Assembly (NCBI GenBank): GCA_046350775.1
Contig: JAXLZS010000001.1
Span: 223,930-287,929 of the forward strand
Direction of reading: 5' to 3'
From: Minisyncoccota bacterium
Lineage (GTDB): Bacteria > Patescibacteriota > Minisyncoccia > Phycocordibacterales > UBA5272
Length of the DNA stretch: 64,000 nucleotides
Numbering within the stretch: position 1 is the stretch's first letter; each line of letters starts with the position of its first letter. Position numbers and translations under genes: made by a program. The notes beneath the pieces are model-generated. The model was not told where the DNA came from. It did not search any database and saw only the letters and a program-made list of their open reading frames with translations. Positions 1 to 10,000 of this stretch are shown here, piece by piece.

Positions 1-403
1 CATAATCGGCTCTTTTAATTTTATTAGCAATTGAGACAAGAGTATCATTTGGTGAAATTTTATAAATTCCAGCCTGCGCTACATTTTTTCCAAAAGAAAG
101 CTTCATGTAGATTTTAAAAACTAGTGAAGATTTTATTATTTGTTGATCTTTTAATTCGCTCGCGACATAATTTATACTGTCACCATTTTCAACTTGGAAA
201 AAACCATTTGGATCTTTTAGGTGTGTCACATCTACTTTTGAAAATAGATTTTTATACAAAAAAATACCAAAAAATATAATTATTATAAATAAAAAAATTC
301 TCATCTTGTTTTTTAAAATAGCTTCGAGAAGAGTCTTTTCATTATCATCTTCTTCTATCTTTTTTATAATAAAAAAGTTTTTAAAATCTTCTTTTTGTCC
401 CAT
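1..403 (-). CDS. mltG: Endolytic transglycosylase MltG, N-terminal part (runs off window start)
   Basis: Translated by hand from ATG at 403: MGQKEDF..., a TM segment (IFLFIIIIFFGIFLY), then FQVENGDSINYVASELKDQQII...AQAGIYKISPNDTL, the MltG/YceG N-terminal pattern. Not in the ORF track because it has no stop in the window. Confidence 0.75.
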   Translation of the reverse strand, partial: MGQKEDFKNFFIIKKIEEDDNEKTLLEAILKNKMRIFLFIIIIFFGIFLYKNLFSKVDVTHLKDPNGFFQVENGDSINYVASELKDQQIIKSSLVFKIYMKLSFGKNVAQAGIYKISPNDTLVSIANKIKRADY

Positions 404-460
404 AATTTAGTATAAATATACCACAAAAACATAAAACAAAAAATTTATATTTTGTAAAAA

Positions 461-1993
461 TTATACAGGAAGATTTGAAGGAGAAGAAGATTTTGTAGAG
501 TCAATGCGAGGCAATGTAGGTGTAGCTGCCACCTCACCTGGGAAATGATAAAGTGTAGCCAGCTCTTCTACGTTTAATGTCATACCAATATTAGGAGTGA
601 CCGTTGGAGAAAATGGATGCAAGAATATATTATGCAATACAGAATATATTTTTTTAACATAGCTTGGATAATTAAAAAGAGCAACATCTAAAAATTCTTT
701 AGTCTTCCCGCCCATACCTTTTACATAGCTAAACATACCATCTCTACCAGTAAGATCACCATAAGCATTTTCTTTTCTCCAGGGAATCAATCTCTTCATG
801 GTATTTTGCCAAGGAAAGTCAAAAGGATCTGTAAGAGAGCCTGGAACATCAGGCTTAAAACCATTAAATCCATCTTCTGAAAAAGGTCTCATAATACCCA
901 TGACCATTGGTATTCTGCTAGGATCGAACTTTTCAGCCACATAAGTAGTTCTAATAATAGCAAAGACTCTTGGCTTACCCATCTTTTTTTGTATAGCTTC
1001 TAGACTCTTTTTTGCTTCTTCTTCTCGCTCGTTCATTGGTATGGGTTTTGATTCGGCTATATTTCTGGCGTATACAGCCTTTTCTGCTTTTTTTATGAGT
1101 TTACCATCTTTATCTTTTTGTTCTGGTATCATCTTCTCATTTCCAAATTCATCATCACCTATAGATTTTCCTTTCTCTTTTAAAGACCATTTTATTTTAA
1201 ATTTATCTGTCTCAAATTTTACAAGATCTGACAACTTTACTTTTGTTTTTTTACCATCTCTATCAAGTTCATAAACACCATCCCATTTTGCAGCATCTCT
1301 TATTATTATTTGATATACAAAATATTCGCCTTTTCCTATTGATCCCATCTGCTCTATAATATAAGTAAGGGGATCATGTTTATACATTTCCTTGGGATCT
1401 TTATCCAGACCCCAATCTTTATAGGTCTTTATAGGATACATATCACCTGAATATTTTAATTTCTCTAGCTTATGATCATCTCTTTTTTCTGTGTTACCCA
1501 CTGTCGCTTCACCAGATTTTGTTAAAAGCCATTCTGATGACCACGTACCAGGCATATTCGGATCATTATGAACTATCTTTGGAATTTTATCCATATAGTC
1601 AGGCACCTCTACTATCTCTACTGTAGGATATTGAGAATATATAGCAGCTTCAATTCTTGGTCTATATTTTGTTTCTATACGAATATAAAAATGCACCACT
1701 CCCTCAAGGGAGGCTATCTCTAATGCTGCCGTATTTGGAATATTACCAAGCCATTTCTCTTTATACCAAGTACCAAGACCGCCACCCTCTATCATACTTC
1801 GCAAAAATAATTCTGCAGCCTCTGGGCTTTTATTTATTTCTCTTGGAAGCTTTATTTCAAGTAACACCCATTTCAATCCTTTTTCAAAAGTCTGATTGGC
1901 ATTAAGCATCCAAAATTTCCATGCCCAAGCTATCAGCAAAGTAGTCATGCCACAATATATTAAAAACAAACCTATATCTATCAACAGTTGCAT
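461..1993 (-). CDS. Conserved CPR-type membrane-anchored hypothetical protein
   Basis: 510 aa ORF with N-terminal TM. Motifs LLEIKLPRE.KSPEA.E, EIAS..G..HFYIR, IYSQYP..EI.EV.DY and LNVEELATLYHFP resemble a family common in Patescibacteria. Confidence 0.7.
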   Translation of the reverse strand: MQLLIDIGLFLIYCGMTTLLIAWAWKFWMLNANQTFEKGLKWVLLEIKLPREINKSPEAAELFLRSMIEGGGLGTWYKEKWLGNIPNTAALEIASLEGVVHFYIRIETKYRPRIEAAIYSQYPTVEIVEVPDYMDKIPKIVHNDPNMPGTWSSEWLLTKSGEATVGNTEKRDDHKLEKLKYSGDMYPIKTYKDWGLDKDPKEMYKHDPLTYIIEQMGSIGKGEYFVYQIIIRDAAKWDGVYELDRDGKKTKVKLSDLVKFETDKFKIKWSLKEKGKSIGDDEFGNEKMIPEQKDKDGKLIKKAEKAVYARNIAESKPIPMNEREEEAKKSLEAIQKKMGKPRVFAIIRTTYVAEKFDPSRIPMVMGIMRPFSEDGFNGFKPDVPGSLTDPFDFPWQNTMKRLIPWRKENAYGDLTGRDGMFSYVKGMGGKTKEFLDVALFNYPSYVKKIYSVLHNIFLHPFSPTVTPNIGMTLNVEELATLYHFPGEVAATPTLPRIDSTKSSSPSNLPV

Positions 1994-2016
1994 ATTTATA
2001 TAAAAATTATAGCATA

Positions 2017-2054
2017 AAATAAAAAACTTCTAGATATCTAGAAGTTTTTTATTT
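2017..2054. terminator. Perfect 38-bp palindrome, likely intrinsic terminator
   Basis: AAATAAAAAACTTCTAGATATCTAGAAGTTTTTTATTT is its own reverse complement and lies just after the stop of 2060..3103. Confidence 0.75.
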
Positions 2055-2059
2055 ATTGT

Positions 2060-3103
2060 CTATTTTAGAGAATATTTTCCGTCCTTGTCTTTCTTAAATA
2101 GTTTTGAATCTTGAAGATTTATAATTACAGTATTTGGCTTTACCATTCTTTTTGCAAGTACCTTTTCTACTATTTCTTGCTTTGTAAGAGGCTTTCCACT
2201 TTCTTTGAGAGTCTCAGCTATAACATCTTTTACTACTCCAGCTGCATGTCCCCACTCCTTTAGTCCGTACATACCACGACCCACCAAGACAAATCTTTTA
2301 TCTTTGATTAATTCATTGTGACAAGTTGCGACATTAGTTTTCTTTTTAAATACCTTTGTGATCTCATTTGCTACATCTTTAAAGTGCATTGGCTTTCCAT
2401 TTTTTCTGACTACTAGATACGCATAATCTTTTACACCTCTCGCTTTGATATGCGGTGAAGTGACTTTACCCCACTCACCAAGATCATTTTTATCAATTAG
2501 TTTTGAAATAGATAAATATTTATGAATTGTATCTTTATTATTTTTATATTCATCTACAACCTGATCAAGATAAGATACAAATTTTTCAAGTATCTCACCT
2601 TCCACCAACAATTCTTCATCTGTGACTTCATTGTGAAGCTTATTAAGAGAGTCTTTAATATATCCAGAAAGTGAATCGTCGACACTCCAATGTGGATGAA
2701 AATCATCAGACTCTTTTATTTTTGTAAAATGACCACCAATGACGAGATATAAGTTTATATGATTTTGTACTACTTTGTCTTTTGAAATATGATTCATCAA
2801 AGTTTCTTCTCTGACTACTGATCCGAGTTTTTTAACTATATCTTTTAATTCGTCGAAGACGAAAAGATTTTCTCTGTATTCTGGAGATTTTTTAATTGTA
2901 GCTAGAGCAAAGTTTTCAATCTGACGAACTCTTTCACGAGTGATGTCATAATTTTTTCCAATGGCTTCGAGAGTCATTCTTTTCTCATTTTCAAGACCAT
3001 AGCGATTAGAAACAATGTCCTTCATACGAGGATTTAAAGCTGAAAGAAGTTTTTTAGAAACTTGCTTTGGCTTGAAAGATAAATTTGTTGATGTTTCTGT
3101 CAT
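2060..3103 (-). CDS. Sigma-70 region 4 HTH / HARE-HTH DNA-binding protein
   Basis: RYGL...MTLEAIGKNYDITRERVRQIE (sigma70 R4) at the N-terminus; C-terminal HFKDVA...HNELIKDKRFVLVGRGMYGL winged helix. Confidence 0.8.
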   Translation of the reverse strand: MTETSTNLSFKPKQVSKKLLSALNPRMKDIVSNRYGLENEKRMTLEAIGKNYDITRERVRQIENFALATIKKSPEYRENLFVFDELKDIVKKLGSVVREETLMNHISKDKVVQNHINLYLVIGGHFTKIKESDDFHPHWSVDDSLSGYIKDSLNKLHNEVTDEELLVEGEILEKFVSYLDQVVDEYKNNKDTIHKYLSISKLIDKNDLGEWGKVTSPHIKARGVKDYAYLVVRKNGKPMHFKDVANEITKVFKKKTNVATCHNELIKDKRFVLVGRGMYGLKEWGHAAGVVKDVIAETLKESGKPLTKQEIVEKVLAKRMVKPNTVIINLQDSKLFKKDKDGKYSLK

Positions 3104-3213
3104 AAATTTTTTTAATAATATTTATTTGTATTAAAGAGTCTCACAAAACTTATATTGTTTACTTATCTATACTACTACATCTTGACAAAAAAGTCAAAAC
3201 TATAAATCCACAA

Positions 3214-6200
3214 CTAAATGACTATATTTATAAGCCTTTTTGGAACGATTATGATTTTTTTGATTTGACTTTCATCGGTAACATATTTTTTATAAGTCTC
3301 TAAAGTCTTCACAAAATCTTTTATTTCTTCCTCATTTGCTTCTGACTTAATAATAAAAGTACCTCTAAATTTTCCAGAAATTTGCAAACTCATCTCTATT
3401 TCTTCTTTTATTATTTTTGATTCTTCATATATTGGCCAAGTCGATGTGTGAATAGAAGATTTATTTCCTAAAATATTTTGCCAGATTTCTTCACAGATAT
3501 GTACAGCGAAAGGCGCTAGGATTTGTATAAATTTTTCTAAAGTATTTTTAGAAATTTTATTTCCTTTTTTTATCTCCTCTTCAAAAGAGTTAAGACAAAT
3601 CATGAGTTGAGAGATAGCTGTATTAAATTTGAACTCTTCGATATCTTCACCTACTTTCTTGATAGTCTGATTAATCGCAAATTCTACTTCTTTTGAATCT
3701 TCTTTATTATTAAGATCAACTTTTTCAAAAATATTATAAACTCTTTCTAAAAATCTCGAGACTCCTGCTATACTATTTGTATTCCAAGAGATAGCTTTTT
3801 CAAATGGACCCATGAACATCTCATATGTACGCATCGCATCTGCTCCATACTCTCTTACCACATCATCTGGATTCACTACATTGCCATATCTCTTACTCAT
3901 CTTCTTTCCATCTTCTGCCATGATTAGGCCAACTGTTTGTAGTTTACTAAATGGCTCATCATAATTTACCAATCCTTTATCAAAAAGATATTTATGCCAA
4001 AAGCGAGCGTAGATTAAATGTCTTGTCGCATGCTCTGCTCCTCCGACATAAAAGTCTACAGGGCTCCAGTTTTTCTCAAGTTCTTTATCTGCAAAAATAT
4101 TTTCATTTTTTGGATCAATATATCTCAAATAATACCAAGAACTTCCCGCCCATTGCGGCATAGTATTTGTCTCTCTAAAGAATTTTTTTGCTTTTGGATC
4201 ATTTTGATCACAAGATTCGAATTCTCCTTCATCATTTATAAATCCATAAACTTCTACCCAATCTTTTATATTTGCGAGTGGAGACTCTCCATTATCTGTC
4301 GGCTCATAATTTTCTACATTCGGAAGGATCACAGGCAAATCTTTATCAGCAACTGCATAGCTTTTTCTATTACCATTTTCGTCTTCTGCAAACACAATTG
4401 GAAATGGCTCTCCCCAATATCTCTGCCGCGCAAATACCCAATCTTTTAATTTGTATTTACTTACAATTTTCCCTCCAACTTTTTCTGTGATTTTTATTCT
4501 CGCTTCTTCACTATTCATTCCATCAAAATCACCTGAATTAATTAATATTCCATTTTCTGTATATATAAAATCATTAATACAAAAATTCCAAATAAGTTTT
4601 TGATTAATATGAGTTAAGTAATCTAAAACATCGTCTTTTTCTATCCAAATAATTTCGTGTAAATCTCTTTCATCTTGATCAATATCTTGTCTTTCTTCAT
4701 CGATTAAATCAAAACACAAAGCACTAGCTATCATATATCTATTTATATTTTTGTGTGGAGCAAAAAACTTTGAATGCACTTCAAACATATCTCCATTTGA
4801 TTTTATATATTCAAAATTTTTATATCCTGTTTCTTCTATAATCTCTCTTTTGGCAGCCTCTAACAAACTTTCCACACCTTCTACTCCTCCAGTGATCATT
4901 GATTGCCATCCTTCTTTTTTAAATTTTATAAAAAGATATTTATTATTTTTTGGATTTCTTACAATTGCATGAATATTCCTCCTTCTCACAGTCTCTACAT
5001 TATCCCTTATTTTTAAATCTTCTTTATTTTCAAAATAAGGAGCGATGACTTGTTTAATCTTCACACCATACTTCTTTGCGAATTCATAATCTCTTTCATC
5101 ATGTGCTGGCACAGCCATGATCGCTCCAGTTCCATAATCACTCAAAATATAATTCGCAATATAAATTGGAACTTCTTCTCCATTCGCAGGATTGATAGCT
5201 TTGATACCTGTATCAATTCCTTCTTTCTCGAGCTTGCTCATATCAAAGTCTATAGCTCTCTCTTTTTCTTCTTTTTCGAGCTTCGCTATAAACTTTTTTA
5301 TTTCTTCGCTAGCATTCCAACCATCTTTAATCCACTCTTTTGCAAGAGTGTAAGATATAGCCATGAATGTACATCCATACAAAGTATCCGCACGAGTTGT
5401 AAAGATTTTTAATTTATCAAAACTTTGATTTAAAACTTCTATCTCTTCTTTTCCAAAAAAATGTGGGTCACTTGCCACAACGTCTATTAATTTTCCATTT
5501 AAAGATTTTGATAATTTTAGAGTATTTTCTTGAGGAACTAAATTGTCTTCAATATCTCTTAATAAAATAAATTCTTTTGAATTACTTTTAATTTTATTAA
5601 AATCAAAATTCCAATCAAAAGTATATTCAGGAAAATTTTCATCTATAAAATTATTTTCTAAATAACTTCCAACTAAAATAGTTTTTTTAATAGGATTTGA
5701 TAGTTTTTCTAAAACTTTTAGAGCTACAACACCCCCAAGACTATGTCCAATAATGACAGTATTATTATCAAATTTTATATTTTTTAAAATAAATTCTACC
5801 TGATCGTAAACTTTTGGGTCATTTGAATCTGGTAATTCTGGAATAACTACCAAGTGTCCTCTTTTTTCTAATTCGTCTTTAAGCCAAGGATAAAAACTGC
5901 TTTCAGGAGTATTATCAAAAGCATGTAAAATCACAAAATTTAATTTTTCATTTTTTATCTCAAAATCTATCTCACTTCCTTCACTTTTTCCAATCCAATT
6001 TCTCTGAAGCTCTTTTATATGAGGCTCCCAATTGAGTTTATCAAGATCATTTAAAAGTCTGTCAGCATAATCTGTAATACGTATAGTCCATTGTCTTAAT
6101 TTTTTCTTTTCTACAACTGTGCCACATCTCTCGCAAGCATTTCCGTCGAGATCTTCATTCGCAAGACCAGTTTTACAGCTGGGACACCAATTAATAGGAT

Positions 6201-6666
6201 CAAAAGATTCAAAAGCAAGTCCATCTTTATACATTTGCTTCCACATCCACTGAGTCCATTTATAATATTTTGGATCTGTTGTATTTATTTCTCTATCCCA
6301 ATCATAATTGAGACCAAGCATTTCAATTTGCTCTTTATATCTTTTTACATTTTTTTCTGTAGCAATATTTGGATTGATTTTATTTTTTATAGCAAATTGC
6401 TCTGCAGGAAGACCAAAGGCGTCCCAACCCATCGGGTGGAGTACATTGTATCCTTGCATCTTTTTCATTCTTGAGTAAACATCTGTCGCAATATATCCTT
6501 TAGGATGACCAACGTGAAGCCCTTCTCCGGATGGGTATGGGAACATGTCTAAAATGTAAAATTTCTTTTTATTGTCACTAAAATCATTATCAGTCTTATT
6601 GATCTGATTTTCATTCCAGTACTTGCGCCATTTTGTCTCTATATCACTATAATTTAATTTGCTCAT
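3214..6666 (-). CDS. leuS: Leucine--tRNA ligase with inserted alpha/beta-hydrolase and Nudix domains
   Basis: MFPYPSG.GLHVGH (HIGH), GWDAFGLPAE, YGTGAIMAVPAHDERD, RQRYWGEP, GGAEHA..HL and KMSKR. At 1150 aa it is enlarged by two insertions. Confidence 0.97.
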   Translation of the reverse strand: MSKLNYSDIETKWRKYWNENQINKTDNDFSDNKKKFYILDMFPYPSGEGLHVGHPKGYIATDVYSRMKKMQGYNVLHPMGWDAFGLPAEQFAIKNKINPNIATEKNVKRYKEQIEMLGLNYDWDREINTTDPKYYKWTQWMWKQMYKDGLAFESFDPINWCPSCKTGLANEDLDGNACERCGTVVEKKKLRQWTIRITDYADRLLNDLDKLNWEPHIKELQRNWIGKSEGSEIDFEIKNEKLNFVILHAFDNTPESSFYPWLKDELEKRGHLVVIPELPDSNDPKVYDQVEFILKNIKFDNNTVIIGHSLGGVVALKVLEKLSNPIKKTILVGSYLENNFIDENFPEYTFDWNFDFNKIKSNSKEFILLRDIEDNLVPQENTLKLSKSLNGKLIDVVASDPHFFGKEEIEVLNQSFDKLKIFTTRADTLYGCTFMAISYTLAKEWIKDGWNASEEIKKFIAKLEKEEKERAIDFDMSKLEKEGIDTGIKAINPANGEEVPIYIANYILSDYGTGAIMAVPAHDERDYEFAKKYGVKIKQVIAPYFENKEDLKIRDNVETVRRRNIHAIVRNPKNNKYLFIKFKKEGWQSMITGGVEGVESLLEAAKREIIEETGYKNFEYIKSNGDMFEVHSKFFAPHKNINRYMIASALCFDLIDEERQDIDQDERDLHEIIWIEKDDVLDYLTHINQKLIWNFCINDFIYTENGILINSGDFDGMNSEEARIKITEKVGGKIVSKYKLKDWVFARQRYWGEPFPIVFAEDENGNRKSYAVADKDLPVILPNVENYEPTDNGESPLANIKDWVEVYGFINDEGEFESCDQNDPKAKKFFRETNTMPQWAGSSWYYLRYIDPKNENIFADKELEKNWSPVDFYVGGAEHATRHLIYARFWHKYLFDKGLVNYDEPFSKLQTVGLIMAEDGKKMSKRYGNVVNPDDVVREYGADAMRTYEMFMGPFEKAISWNTNSIAGVSRFLERVYNIFEKVDLNNKEDSKEVEFAINQTIKKVGEDIEEFKFNTAISQLMICLNSFEEEIKKGNKISKNTLEKFIQILAPFAVHICEEIWQNILGNKSSIHTSTWPIYEESKIIKEEIEMSLQISGKFRGTFIIKSEANEEEIKDFVKTLETYKKYVTDESQIKKIIIVPKRLINIVI

Positions 6667-6812
6667 AATTTTTATAAAAGTATAGATATACTATATCAAA
6701 TAAAAGTATATTTAAAAAATAAGATTTTTATAATTTGACAATATATATTTAATATATTAATATAATAAAATTGTTCATTAAAACATTTCTTTAATCAGTA
6801 AATTTTTTTGAC

Positions 6813-7196
6813 ATGAAAAAAATCTTTTATGTTTTTTTATTAATTACAGGGCTTGCGTCATGCAAATCTGTCGGAGGTGGAAAATCTACAAATGTCTCTT
6901 CTGACATAGACAGCGGGTTTCTTATTTCCAAAAAACCTTTTGATTTTGATACTAAGTTCGGCTATGGCTTGTTTGTTATAAAAACAATAGATAGTTTGAC
7001 TAATAAATCAGAATACGAAGAGGTCTGGATATCTAGACAGACCTATGATGTATTGCCGGCTCCTGACGATTCTACAAAAATACTTATTTATTATGTTAGA
7101 GACATTGAAACTGGTCGTTATGATAATAAAGATCAGACTTCGTTTTGGGATTGTCAATTTAATTTTTGTAGCGGATACAGAGTCAATCGTAAATAG
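6813..7196 (+). CDS. Orphan putative lipoprotein
   Basis: MKKIFYVFLLITGLASC is a signal peptide with lipobox. Own promoter (TTGACA at 6735) and terminator (~7217-7243). Confidence 0.7.
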   Translation: MKKIFYVFLLITGLASCKSVGGGKSTNVSSDIDSGFLISKKPFDFDTKFGYGLFVIKTIDSLTNKSEYEEVWISRQTYDVLPAPDDSTKILIYYVRDIETGRYDNKDQTSFWDCQFNFCSGYRVNRK

Positions 7197-7216
7197 ATGG
7201 GTCTATAGAAGTTTCT

Positions 7217-7243
7217 AAAGCAATCAATTTGATTGCTTTTTCT
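7217..7243 (+). terminator. Intrinsic terminator
   Basis: AAAGCAATCA-ATT-TGATTGCTTT followed by a T run. Confidence 0.7.
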
Positions 7244-7320
7244 TTTTATTAAATTTTTATGATAAAATGACCTTGAATTAATTATCTAAATTTATAAAAC
7301 TTAATATCTAAAATAATAAT

Positions 7321-7692
7321 ATGAAAAATAACATGGAAAATTTTGCTCTCAAAGTCACAAAATGGATAGGATCTGTCTGGTCTCTTATTTTTCACACAAT
7401 AATATTTATATTTTTCTTTGTATTGATATATCTAGGATATAATGCTGAAAAAGTGATGCTATTTCTCACAACATTAGTATCTTTAGAAGCCATCTACCTC
7501 TCTCTTTTTATACAAATGACAGTCAACAGACATTCGGAAGACATTGCGGAGATTGCAGAAGATGTAGATGATATACAAGAAGATATAGATGATATACAAG
7601 AAGATATTGAAGAAATAAGTGAAGATGTAGAAGATATTCAAGAAGATATAGAGGAAATCAATGAGGAAGAAGATTCTAACAAGAAAAAATAA
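7321..7692 (+). CDS. DUF1003-like membrane protein with acidic heptad tail
   Basis: IGS..SLIFHT...LTTLVSLEAIYLSLFIQM.VNR, followed by EDIxxIQ repeats. Confidence 0.75.
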   Translation: MKNNMENFALKVTKWIGSVWSLIFHTIIFIFFFVLIYLGYNAEKVMLFLTTLVSLEAIYLSLFIQMTVNRHSEDIAEIAEDVDDIQEDIDDIQEDIEEISEDVEDIQEDIEEINEEEDSNKKK

Positions 7693-7701
7693 AATAAAAA
7701 G

Positions 7702-8025
7702 CTATAAATCAAATTTTGAAAATACCCATTGTATCGCTCCATAAATCAGTCCAAATATAGCCGCTTGTAAAAATGTAAAATCTACAAAATTGGGAGTGAG
7801 TTTGCTAATTATCATCAAGAGTAAAATATTTAAAATTAAATGAAATAATCCCAGTGTTAGAAAATTTATTGGCCAAGTCAGAAAGTTTAATACCGGTTTT
7901 ACTACACCATTCACAATAGCTAAAAACAGTGTAAAAATTAATAAGGTCTTCCAACTAAAATAAGCCACACCCATTATTTTTACCGCTAAAACTACAGATA
8001 AAAAACTAAAAAGAAAATGAATCAT
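7702..8025 (-). CDS. YvlD/DUF360 (phage-holin-like) membrane protein
   Basis: AIVNGVVKPVLNFLTWPINFLTLGLF..ILN motif; about 4 TM segments. Confidence 0.85.
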   Translation of the reverse strand: MIHFLFSFLSVVLAVKIMGVAYFSWKTLLIFTLFLAIVNGVVKPVLNFLTWPINFLTLGLFHLILNILLLMIISKLTPNFVDFTFLQAAIFGLIYGAIQWVFSKFDL

Positions 8026-8106
8026 ATATTTATTATTATATACAAATTATATCATGTATAGATATATTTTTCGTGTTATAATTTCCCTATAAAAAATACA
8101 TAAATT

Positions 8107-8901
8107 ATGAATAAAATTATAAAAGATTTCTTTAAAAATCAAGTCGCAGTAGCAATAATAATAGGAGCTTTCATTTTGGCTCTTGGTATGATCGGATACG
8201 CCCTCATAAATCAAAATAGCGGAAATAAAAGTGACGCTCTAAATGATATAGTCAACGCTGACAAAATCTTTACCGGTAAGGATTTTGAAGAAAATGAATA
8301 TATTTTAGGAAATGCTAAAAATAAAATTACAATAGTAGTCTATTCTGATTTTGAATGTCCATTTTGTAAAATTTTACAAGAGAATGCTATCCAAAAATTA
8401 CAAAAAGAATATTCGTTGAACAACAAAGATCTCTCTCAAGCTAAAATTGGTATAGTTTATAGACATTTTGCTCAGAGCTATCACGACAAAGCTCCAAGAG
8501 AGATCAATGCCTCACTCTGTACAAGAGAGCTTTATGGTCAGGCTAGCTATGAAAATTTTATAAACAGAATCTACAATATCACTCCAGCTAATAATGGTCT
8601 CGATCTTTTACTTTTACCAGAAATAGCTAGTTTTGCAGTCAATGAAGCTAAACAAAATGGAGAGACTATAAAAAAGGATTTTGATAAAGACGAATTGATG
8701 AGTTGTGTAAATAGCGAAATTTATAATCAGGAGTTTTTAGAAGATGCGCAAGATGCTATAAATATGGGACTCGATGGTACACCATATACTCTCATACTAT
8801 TTAATGATGGAGAGAAAAATATGATCATCAATAAAATCTCCGGCTCAAAAGATGCGTCTTATTTTGAAAATATAATTAATAAACTTTTGAAAATAAAATA
8901 A
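8107..8901 (+). CDS. DsbA-family thioredoxin-fold protein
   Basis: N-terminal TM, YSDFECPFC, YRHF, cis-Pro loop GTP. Confidence 0.88.
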   Translation: MNKIIKDFFKNQVAVAIIIGAFILALGMIGYALINQNSGNKSDALNDIVNADKIFTGKDFEENEYILGNAKNKITIVVYSDFECPFCKILQENAIQKLQKEYSLNNKDLSQAKIGIVYRHFAQSYHDKAPREINASLCTRELYGQASYENFINRIYNITPANNGLDLLLLPEIASFAVNEAKQNGETIKKDFDKDELMSCVNSEIYNQEFLEDAQDAINMGLDGTPYTLILFNDGEKNMIINKISGSKDASYFENIINKLLKIK

Positions 8902-8970
8902 AATACAAAATTTTTTTGAAGATATTTCGCGAAGCGGGGTTTCATTTGAAAAAATAATTTTGTATTTTAT
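8898..8970. terminator. Long hairpin between convergent genes (bidirectional terminator)
   Basis: Perfect 15-bp arms ATAAAATACAAAATT / AATTTTGTATTTTAT enclose an imperfect stem with a GC-richer tip (TTTCGC-GAA-GCGGGG). Confidence 0.55.
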
Positions 8971-8973
8971 GTT

Positions 8974-9291
8974 TTATATTCCTAATTCTAATTTTAATTC
9001 TTCGCTTGGCTCCCAAGGCTCATCGAAATCTAATTCTACTTGTGCTTCACCAAAATTAAGAGTATTAACTTCTGTCTCTACTTGAGAAATAATATCATCA
9101 GCAAATGGACACATAATACTTGTGAGGGTCATTACTACTTTTACATATTCATAGACTTTGAAATCTTCGAGATATTCCCCTAATTCTATCTTTCTAATTA
9201 GTCCGAGCTTTACAATATCAATACCGAGCTCTGGATCTATGACTTTTTTGAGAGCTTCTGTGATTTGTAATTTTATTTTTTCTTCATTCAT
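8974..9291 (-). CDS. DUF59/SufT-like metal-sulfur cluster assembly factor
   Basis: LKKVIDPELGIDIVKLGLI...MTLTS..CP...FDEPW. Confidence 0.9.
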   Translation of the reverse strand: MNEEKIKLQITEALKKVIDPELGIDIVKLGLIRKIELGEYLEDFKVYEYVKVVMTLTSIMCPFADDIISQVETEVNTLNFGEAQVELDFDEPWEPSEELKLELGI

Positions 9292-9293
9292 AA

Positions 9294-9995
9294 TTAATTT
9301 ACAATATTTAAAATTCCATCTTTCATCTCAAAATGTTTATCTATTTTTACTAGATCAGCAATATCTTCTCTGTGAGAAATAATACAAAAAGCTGTCTCAT
9401 AATTTTTATTAAAATCATTTATAATTTTAAATACTTTTTTAATCGCTGCTTTATCTACACCACTATCAATCTCGTCCATAAAGACAAATTTTGGCTTTAG
9501 AGCAAAAAGATGTAGCATTTCTGCCTGCTTCTTTTCTCCTCCAGAAAATCCAATATTAAGATCTCTTTTTAAGAACTCTTCATCGATACTATACTTTTTA
9601 CAAAAATCTAAAATTTCTTTATTAAAATCTATTACTGATAGATTATTATTTTCGTCTACATTTTTATAAGATCTATAGAGAAACTGTAAAAGATTTACAC
9701 CTTCTATTTCTGGTACATGTTGGAGTGATAGATAGAGACCATTTTTTGCTATTTCAAAAGTTTTAAGATTTGTGAGATCTATATTTTCATTTTCTTTTTC
9801 TAAAATTATTTTTCCATCTACTATCTCATAATTTGGATGTTTAAAAATAGCTGACAAAAGAGAAGACTTTCCAGATCCGTTTTCACCAGTGATTGATACT
9901 ATTTCTCCTTTTTTGAGATCAAAAGTAGCATCAGAAATAATTTCTTCACCATTTCCCACTATTTTAATTTTTAGATTTTGTATTTTTAATTGCAT
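9294..9995 (-). CDS. sufC: Fe-S cluster assembly ATPase SufC
   Basis: GENGSGKS, HPNYE, Q.VPEIEGV, RDLNIGFSGGEKK, MDEIDSGVD. Confidence 0.88.
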   Translation of the reverse strand: MQLKIQNLKIKIVGNGEEIISDATFDLKKGEIVSITGENGSGKSSLLSAIFKHPNYEIVDGKIILEKENENIDLTNLKTFEIAKNGLYLSLQHVPEIEGVNLLQFLYRSYKNVDENNNLSVIDFNKEILDFCKKYSIDEEFLKRDLNIGFSGGEKKQAEMLHLFALKPKFVFMDEIDSGVDKAAIKKVFKIINDFNKNYETAFCIISHREDIADLVKIDKHFEMKDGILNIVN

Positions 9996-10000
9996 ATTTT

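Noticed and set aside
7537-7665. CRISPR-like repeat array
   Set aside because: These are in-frame coding heptad repeats without spacers, and there are no cas genes.
7702-8025. Holin-like gene (with GH25 at 36 kb) as evidence of a prophage
   Set aside because: YvlD-family genes are ordinary chromosomal genes, the two are 28 kb apart, and no phage structural or integrase genes are present.
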